From a virus (lineage: Duplodnaviria; Caudoviricetes), in IMG/VR virus record IMGVR_UViG_3300049893_001639, positions 1 through 30,538 of that record: 30,538 nucleotides of DNA. One strand, given 5' to 3'. Positions 25,410 through 30,538 of this stretch are shown one piece after another; position 1 is the stretch's first letter, and the number at the start of each line of letters is the position of its first letter. Both the position numbers and the translations under genes were made by a program. A model generated the notes under the pieces. That model searched no databases. It saw only the letters and a list, made by a program, of their open reading frames with translations, and had not been told where the DNA came from.

Positions 25410-25432
25410 ATTATGCAAGACAAGAACTAGCT

Positions 25433-27427
25433 ATGCCTGATTTACCCACGGTAAGCATAAACGGTCTTGAAGTGTTTTCGTCGGGGTCGTTTAACGGCGA
25501 CAAATATTCCGAAGCCGATCTTGACTTGATGGTTGATGCCTTTGACAAGGTCGGGTTTCAGCCTACCATCAAAGCCGGTCACGCTGATGGCCAAGAGGAC
25601 GCTAAGGCGGCGCGCAAGGTCTTTGGCGAACCATCTCTTGGTTATGTGTCTCGTCTTTATCGTAATGGCAAAAAGCTGATGGCCGATATCACCAGCGTGC
25701 CGCGCCGGTTTGCCGACTTGATTAAAGCCCGCAGCTTTAGCCGCGTGTCGTCAGAAATTTACTGGAACTACAAAAACGACTCTGATCATAAGACCTACCC
25801 TCGCGTGCTTAAAGCCGTAGCCTTCTTAGGCGCTGATATCCCCGCCATTACTTCCTTGAAAGAGATTGAAGCTCTCTTCAGCCGCAACGACGAAGGCAGC
25901 CTGTTTGCCTATGACGAGAACAAGAACGAGTTCCGCGTGTATGACGTTCAGGCGTATAAGGAAGAGGGCACGTTCGTCATCAAGCAGGAGGCCGAGGGCT
26001 ATTGCGTTTACAACCCGCAAGGCGAAAAGGTCAAGGCTTGGCCCACGCTAGAAGCCGCGCAAAAATCGCTTGAAGGCTACAACTTCAAGGTTGAGGGAAA
26101 AGACGAGCCGCCTGCTGATAAGCCGCCGGAGACTTTTGCCGCCGTCACCGAGGTGCATATCTACACCATCGTGCAGCGGGGCGACCAGTGGTGCGTAACG
26201 ACTGCCGATGGTTCTAAGACGCTCGGTTGTCACCCGTCCAAGGAAGAGGCCTTGAATCAATTAAGGGCCGTAGAGGCTAACAAGCACTCCAATTCTACCG
26301 ACCTGCCCGTTCGCCTAGTGGCTAAGTTCTGCCAGAGCTGTGCTGAAAAAGCCAGAAGTTTATCAGTTACGGAGCTGCGGTTTGACTTAGACAAAGTTCC
26401 CCAAAAGGCCGTTCAGTGGCTGTTGGCCAAACGGTATTTAGACACCAGCGATCCCGGTATGTTCCGCAACTGCATGGACGACAATGAGATGGTAGACCGC
26501 TACCCCGAAGAGGAGACACGCGCTAAGGTATGCGCCTCGGTCCACCAAAAGGTCACCGGCGAGTGGCCCGGTGAGCACCGCAGCGAGCATAGTTCTAAAA
26601 CCCCGCACAGGAGGTACCAGATGAGAATTACGCAAGACGGCATGGACTATTGCGTCGAGGACGACAATGGTCAAGTGGTGAAGAAGTTCCCCTCCAAGAA
26701 GGAGGCCGAGGACTACATGAACAGCATGAGTGGCGGTAGCCCAGCTGACGATCAGGGCAAGTCTTCTGGGTATAAGAGCAAGGAGCCCGATCGTCAATAC
26801 AGAAAGGGGGGTCAAGGCATGACTCAAGAGGAATTTGACGAGCAGTTGAAAGCAAAGCTCGACGCGTTGAAGTCTGAGATGACACGCGAGTACGAGTACC
26901 GCATCCACAAGGCGCGGGAAGACGGCAGGGCGGAGGCTGAACGCGACAGCGACGCCCTCCGCGAGGAGGTCCGCAAGCTGCAAGCCGAAAAGCGGTCAGA
27001 GCGGATCGAGAGCTGGATCAAGCGGGTGAAGGCTGAGGGCAAGCTGGCCCCGGCGGAGGAGTCCAAGGTGCGGGCACTGCGCGAGTGGATTCCCGACAAC
27101 GAGGGGTCGCTCAAGTACTTCACCCTAGCGGCAGGGGGAAAGACCAAGGAGCACACCGAGTCGCCCGCCGACATCTTCGAGTCGCTCTTCGAGCAGCGCA
27201 CCAGCATGTTCAAGCTGCTGAGCAAGCCGGGCAGCGAGGGCGAGAGCTACGAGGAGACGGGTCAGGAGCTGGACGATCCGGGGCAGGAAGTCGACAGGCG
27301 GGCCAAGGTGTATCAGCAGGCGCAGCGCACCAAGGGCACCGACGTCAGTTACGGCACAGCGGTCAATCACGTGCTGAAGCAAGACCAGCAGCTGGCTAAC
27401 AAGTACCACGAGTTGAGCCGGCACTAA
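25433..27427 (+). CDS. Mu gpI-like prohead protease fused to scaffold, with inserted small domains
   Basis: 'EVFSSG', 'PTIKAGH', 'PSLGYV', 'FSRVSSEIY', 'LKAVAFLGADIPA'; coiled-coil C-terminus ending 'VSYGTAV'. Confidence 0.85.
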   Translation: MPDLPTVSINGLEVFSSGSFNGDKYSEADLDLMVDAFDKVGFQPTIKAGHADGQEDAKAARKVFGEPSLGYVSRLYRNGKKLMADITSVPRRFADLIKARSFSRVSSEIYWNYKNDSDHKTYPRVLKAVAFLGADIPAITSLKEIEALFSRNDEGSLFAYDENKNEFRVYDVQAYKEEGTFVIKQEAEGYCVYNPQGEKVKAWPTLEAAQKSLEGYNFKVEGKDEPPADKPPETFAAVTEVHIYTIVQRGDQWCVTTADGSKTLGCHPSKEEALNQLRAVEANKHSNSTDLPVRLVAKFCQSCAEKARSLSVTELRFDLDKVPQKAVQWLLAKRYLDTSDPGMFRNCMDDNEMVDRYPEEETRAKVCASVHQKVTGEWPGEHRSEHSSKTPHRRYQMRITQDGMDYCVEDDNGQVVKKFPSKKEAEDYMNSMSGGSPADDQGKSSGYKSKEPDRQYRKGGQGMTQEEFDEQLKAKLDALKSEMTREYEYRIHKAREDGRAEAERDSDALREEVRKLQAEKRSERIESWIKRVKAEGKLAPAEESKVRALREWIPDNEGSLKYFTLAAGGKTKEHTESPADIFESLFEQRTSMFKLLSKPGSEGESYEETGQELDDPGQEVDRRAKVYQQAQRTKGTDVSYGTAVNHVLKQDQQLANKYHELSRH

Positions 27428-27459
27428 GAGATAAAGGCTCTCAAAGGAGGTAAAATTTT

Positions 27460-27825
27460 ATGGCTGAGAAAAGAGGCGGAGATTTTGGGGCGAGCTGGGT
27501 GGCTTCGGGCGACTTGAGCGGGTCTCAATTTCGGTTAGTGACCTTTGTCGGTAACGATTGCTACCTGCCGGGTTCAGGGGCGTTTTGCGCTGGGGTGTTG
27601 CAGAACAAGCCCAAAGACAACGAGCACGCGGCGGTTATCCACCAGGGGTTCAGCAAGCTGTTCCTTGGTACATCTTTAGGTGCTCAGCAAGAAGTGATGG
27701 CTGGTCCTAACGGCGGAGGGATATTAGCTTCGTCAGGTCAAATGGTGCATGCGATTACCTTGACGGCTGGCAACAGCGGTGAGATCATCGATGCCGAGGT
27801 CGTCAAGTACAGGAAGTACGCGTAA
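27460..27825 (+). CDS. Head decoration/capsid cement protein (DUF2190-like)
   Basis: GGAGG SD; 'QFRLV...GVLQNKP...GEII'; lies between scaffold and MCP. Confidence 0.7.
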   Translation: MAEKRGGDFGASWVASGDLSGSQFRLVTFVGNDCYLPGSGAFCAGVLQNKPKDNEHAAVIHQGFSKLFLGTSLGAQQEVMAGPNGGGILASSGQMVHAITLTAGNSGEIIDAEVVKYRKYA

Positions 27826-27840
27826 GGAGGTGTTTGGACT

Positions 27841-28836
27841 ATGGACGGAATACTAGACAGCAACATTACCATCGGCCGAAGCGTCAAGCAGTACGCCGGG
27901 GCAACGGGGCGCGACCTCCATATCGACACCCCTTTGACAAACTTGACCATCGGGTACGAGCCGCAAGGGCTCATTGCTCCGATGATCTACCCCATCGTGC
28001 CGGTCGACAAAGAAACGAACAACTACTACATCTGGGCCAAGAACGAGACCCTGCGGCTGTTCGACAGCTACCGGGCGCGTGGCCGTGCGGCTAACCGCAT
28101 CAACTTTGACGTCAGCTCCGACACCTACGCGGTGAAGAACTACGCCTTGGCGATTGATATTCCTCTTGAGGATATCGACAACGCTGACGCGCCGTTAGAC
28201 ATCCGGGGCAGCGGTGCCCGGCGGGTGACTAACGCCTTGAACCTGGCGTGGGAAGACCGGCTGGCCGTCACGTTGACGACCACGACCAACATGACGTCGT
28301 CAACGGCGTTGGCGTCGGCGTGGAACGACTTGACCAACAGCAACCCGGTAGACGACCTGTACGTGGGGCGCGATGCCATCCGCAAGGCGACGGGGTTTAC
28401 CCCGAACGTGGGCGTGTTTGGTGACCATGCGTGGTCTCGTTTTAGCCGGCACCCTGATGTCATTGAATTCATCAGAGGTAAGGGTGACTCAACGGGTGGC
28501 GGCCCGGTGACCGAAGCCCAAGTGGCTACGGCTTTTGGCCTTGGCCGTGTACTGATCGGTAAGGGGCTGAAGAACACGGCGGGTGAAGGCTTGACTGGTG
28601 TCTATACCGACATCTGGTCGACGGCAGCGGTGTTGCTGTACGTGGCCCCGACCCCTGGCTTGATGGAGCCGTCACACGGTTACACTTTCCGCTGGACGCC
28701 GGCTGGGCTGCCTGGCCCGTTGGCCGTTGAACGATACGTGAACCAACGCGAGAAGACAGAATCGGTCGAGGTGCACATGTTCCAGGACGAGAAGGTGACC
28801 GGTACCGATTTGGGCTACCTCATCGTGGGGTGCTAG
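27841..28836 (+). CDS. Major capsid protein
   Basis: AGGAGG SD; 331 aa; 'DLHIDTPLTNLTIGY', 'IYPIVPVDK', 'W....SNPVDD', 'PSHGYTF'. Confidence 0.88.
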   Translation: MDGILDSNITIGRSVKQYAGATGRDLHIDTPLTNLTIGYEPQGLIAPMIYPIVPVDKETNNYYIWAKNETLRLFDSYRARGRAANRINFDVSSDTYAVKNYALAIDIPLEDIDNADAPLDIRGSGARRVTNALNLAWEDRLAVTLTTTTNMTSSTALASAWNDLTNSNPVDDLYVGRDAIRKATGFTPNVGVFGDHAWSRFSRHPDVIEFIRGKGDSTGGGPVTEAQVATAFGLGRVLIGKGLKNTAGEGLTGVYTDIWSTAAVLLYVAPTPGLMEPSHGYTFRWTPAGLPGPLAVERYVNQREKTESVEVHMFQDEKVTGTDLGYLIVGC

Positions 28837-28840
28837 GCTT

Positions 28841-29152
28841 ATGCATATCTTTACGCGAGAGCTAGAGACCACCCGCTTTAAGGCCGTACCGGGTATGCCG
28901 TTACCGGCTCGTCTAGACACGGCCTATGGGCGTAGGTTTTTGCGCGAGCAGTACGGAGATGACATCATCACGGAGCTGGACTACCGTCAACCGGAGAACT
29001 TTTTGAAGTTGATCAGCAAGGACTCCGACGTGCGCGACCAGTTCGCCAAGCTCAAGATGGTGGCTGACGCTCAGGCAAAGACCATACGCGACCTAGAGCG
29101 GGAGAACGAAGGCTTGAAGAAGCAGCTCCGCCGCCTGGCTCCGCAGGCGTAG
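28841..29152 (+). CDS. Hypothetical protein with C-terminal coiled coil
   Basis: Packed ORF after the MCP. Confidence 0.65.
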   Translation: MHIFTRELETTRFKAVPGMPLPARLDTAYGRRFLREQYGDDIITELDYRQPENFLKLISKDSDVRDQFAKLKMVADAQAKTIRDLERENEGLKKQLRRLAPQA

Positions 29153-29173
29153 GGCGAAGGGAGGTAGCTTCTA

Positions 29174-29488
29174 ATGAGAATCAAAGAGCGGTTTGCCAGC
29201 GCGACCGTTAAGCAACTGACGGCGGGTAACGACAGTTATTTGTCGGGCATAGCGATCGTTGCGTCAGGCACAGTGGTAGCGTCGGTCGCCTGTACGGGAT
29301 TAAATTCAGGCGACACCGTATTTACGCAGCCATATATGTACGCAGGTAACGTTTTCACTCAGTCGGCCTCGAAGTTCTTGAATACTGCGGTCATGTCAGT
29401 ACGGGCCGGAGCATTTGAGATCGCAATGGTAGGCTCGGCGGCCCCAGCGGATACGCTGCCTGTGGCGTGGTTCGTGATCCGTCGTTAA
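29174..29488 (+). CDS. Small beta-rich putative virion protein
   Basis: GGAGG SD; A/S/T/V-rich; ends 'VAWFVIR'. Confidence 0.65.
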   Translation: MRIKERFASATVKQLTAGNDSYLSGIAIVASGTVVASVACTGLNSGDTVFTQPYMYAGNVFTQSASKFLNTAVMSVRAGAFEIAMVGSAAPADTLPVAWFVIRR

Positions 29489-29515
29489 TTGCGGGCGACA
29501 GGGAGGGACTCTCAG

Positions 29516-29863
29516 ATGCCAGGTTCCACTGTCTTAAAGGGTCAGGCCAGGACGGCCTACGTCTCGCAAAATCTTTATACGGTGCCAGGGTCTTGGAGCC
29601 TGGGGGCATTTCTAACGGGCAGAGCGGCTCGCTTTGCGGGCATACTGTCCGTCACCGGCTCCGTGACCTTTAACTACCGCATGGCTGCCAACAGCACGTC
29701 GGTGGGCAGCTCTACTTTTTGCGTGACGTCGAGCTTCGTGGTTAATAGCGGCATGTCTACTTTTGACGTGCTGAACTATGGCCACGCGGCGGAGTTCTTT
29801 TTCAGCGCCGCCAATAGCCAAATAGCCAATACTATTCTGGTTTATGGCGAGGGGATTCGTTGA
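29516..29863 (+). CDS. Small beta-rich putative virion protein
   Basis: GGAGG SD before ATG 29516; S/T/V-rich. Confidence 0.6.
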   Translation: MPGSTVLKGQARTAYVSQNLYTVPGSWSLGAFLTGRAARFAGILSVTGSVTFNYRMAANSTSVGSSTFCVTSSFVVNSGMSTFDVLNYGHAAEFFFSAANSQIANTILVYGEGIR

Positions 29864-29916
29864 TGATGACAGCGCCTGGGTTAACGGCGCTAAAACTAGA
29901 GGGGTAGGGGAAGTAC

Positions 29917-30538
29917 ATGAAGCGTTATGAGTTGGATATTACCTTAGTATGCCTCGGCATGCCGATGAGCGCCGAGACGATCTCGTCGGGTCAGTCTCTC
30001 GGCGGTTCAGAAACGGCAGCTGCACAAGCCGCTGCGGCGCTGGCTAAGTTGGGTCATCGCGTCACTCTGTTCTGCAATACCGAAAAGCTCCAGACCGACA
30101 GTGGCGTCACTTATACGCCTATGGGCTGGGTGACGGGGATGGACGGTACTGCACAATTTCCGAAGGGTTTGTTTGACCACGCTCGCACCGCGCCTAGCGA
30201 CGTGATGCTGGTGCAGCGGCAGCCCGTGTTGTTGCAATTCGATTATCCGAGCAAGGCTAATATCTTGTGGCAGCACGACCTGGCTACCCACACCGGACCG
30301 AGCCAGTTCGGCGCGGTGATTTGGAACATTGATAAGATACTGGTGCTCAGCCAGTTTATGAAGAAGCAGTACCAGTCGGTCCATGGCGGGGTTGATGCCT
30401 TATATCACGTTACGCGCAACGGGATCGACCTGGGCCTCATTGACAAGGTGCCTGCTCAGCAGCGTGATCGCTTTAAGCTGATGTTCACGGCTAGGCCCGA
30501 GCGCGGACTAGATATCTTGTTGACGCGAGTATGGCCAG
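29917..30538 (+). CDS. GT-B (GT4-like) glycosyltransferase, truncated by the window end (absent from the ORF track)
   Basis: Manual translation: MKRYELDI...'SLGGSETAA..LAKLGHRVTLFCN','ILWQHD','VLSQF','TRNGID','FTARPERGL'. Confidence 0.88.
   Translation, partial: MKRYELDITLVCLGMPMSAETISSGQSLGGSETAAAQAAAALAKLGHRVTLFCNTEKLQTDSGVTYTPMGWVTGMDGTAQFPKGLFDHARTAPSDVMLVQRQPVLLQFDYPSKANILWQHDLATHTGPSQFGAVIWNIDKILVLSQFMKKQYQSVHGGVDALYHVTRNGIDLGLIDKVPAQQRDRFKLMFTARPERGLDILLTRVWP

Noticed and set aside
1-30538. tRNA/rRNA genes, integrase, stop-codon reassignment
   Set aside because: None is recognisable by eye, and core genes are full length in the standard code

Overview
This window is part of a tailed dsDNA phage or prophage, and nearly all credible genes are on the + strand. 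It starts with glycan-related enzymes (GT47/exostosin-like protein, B12 radical SAM). Next comes an integrase-less array of integron attC-like sites (about 2.7-4.7 kb) whose cassettes carry two DNA methyltransferases and an apparently non-coding structured insert. Late-early genes follow (DUF1064, VRR-NUC-like, GHMP sugar kinase, ParB-like, Mom-like), then TerS/TerL and a block of secreted FN3 and metzincin genes. The Mu-like head module comprises a DUF935-type portal with a LAGLIDADG intein, two large head-associated polyproteins, a prohead protease/scaffold, a decoration protein and the major capsid protein; a truncated GT4 ends the window. Four things stand out. (1) Seven copies of a YHLPGxHDQxxH tag each head a different domain (ADP-ribosyltransferase-like, PD-(D/E)xK nuclease, ParB-like) in the genes between portal and protease, suggesting a tagged, protease-released capsid-cargo system. 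(2) The phage carries an attC cassette array. (3) The MuF intein has its endonuclease in a different reading frame. (4) The FN3 and protease proteins look built for donor-strand assembly. All family calls come from motif recognition by eye; no searches were run.
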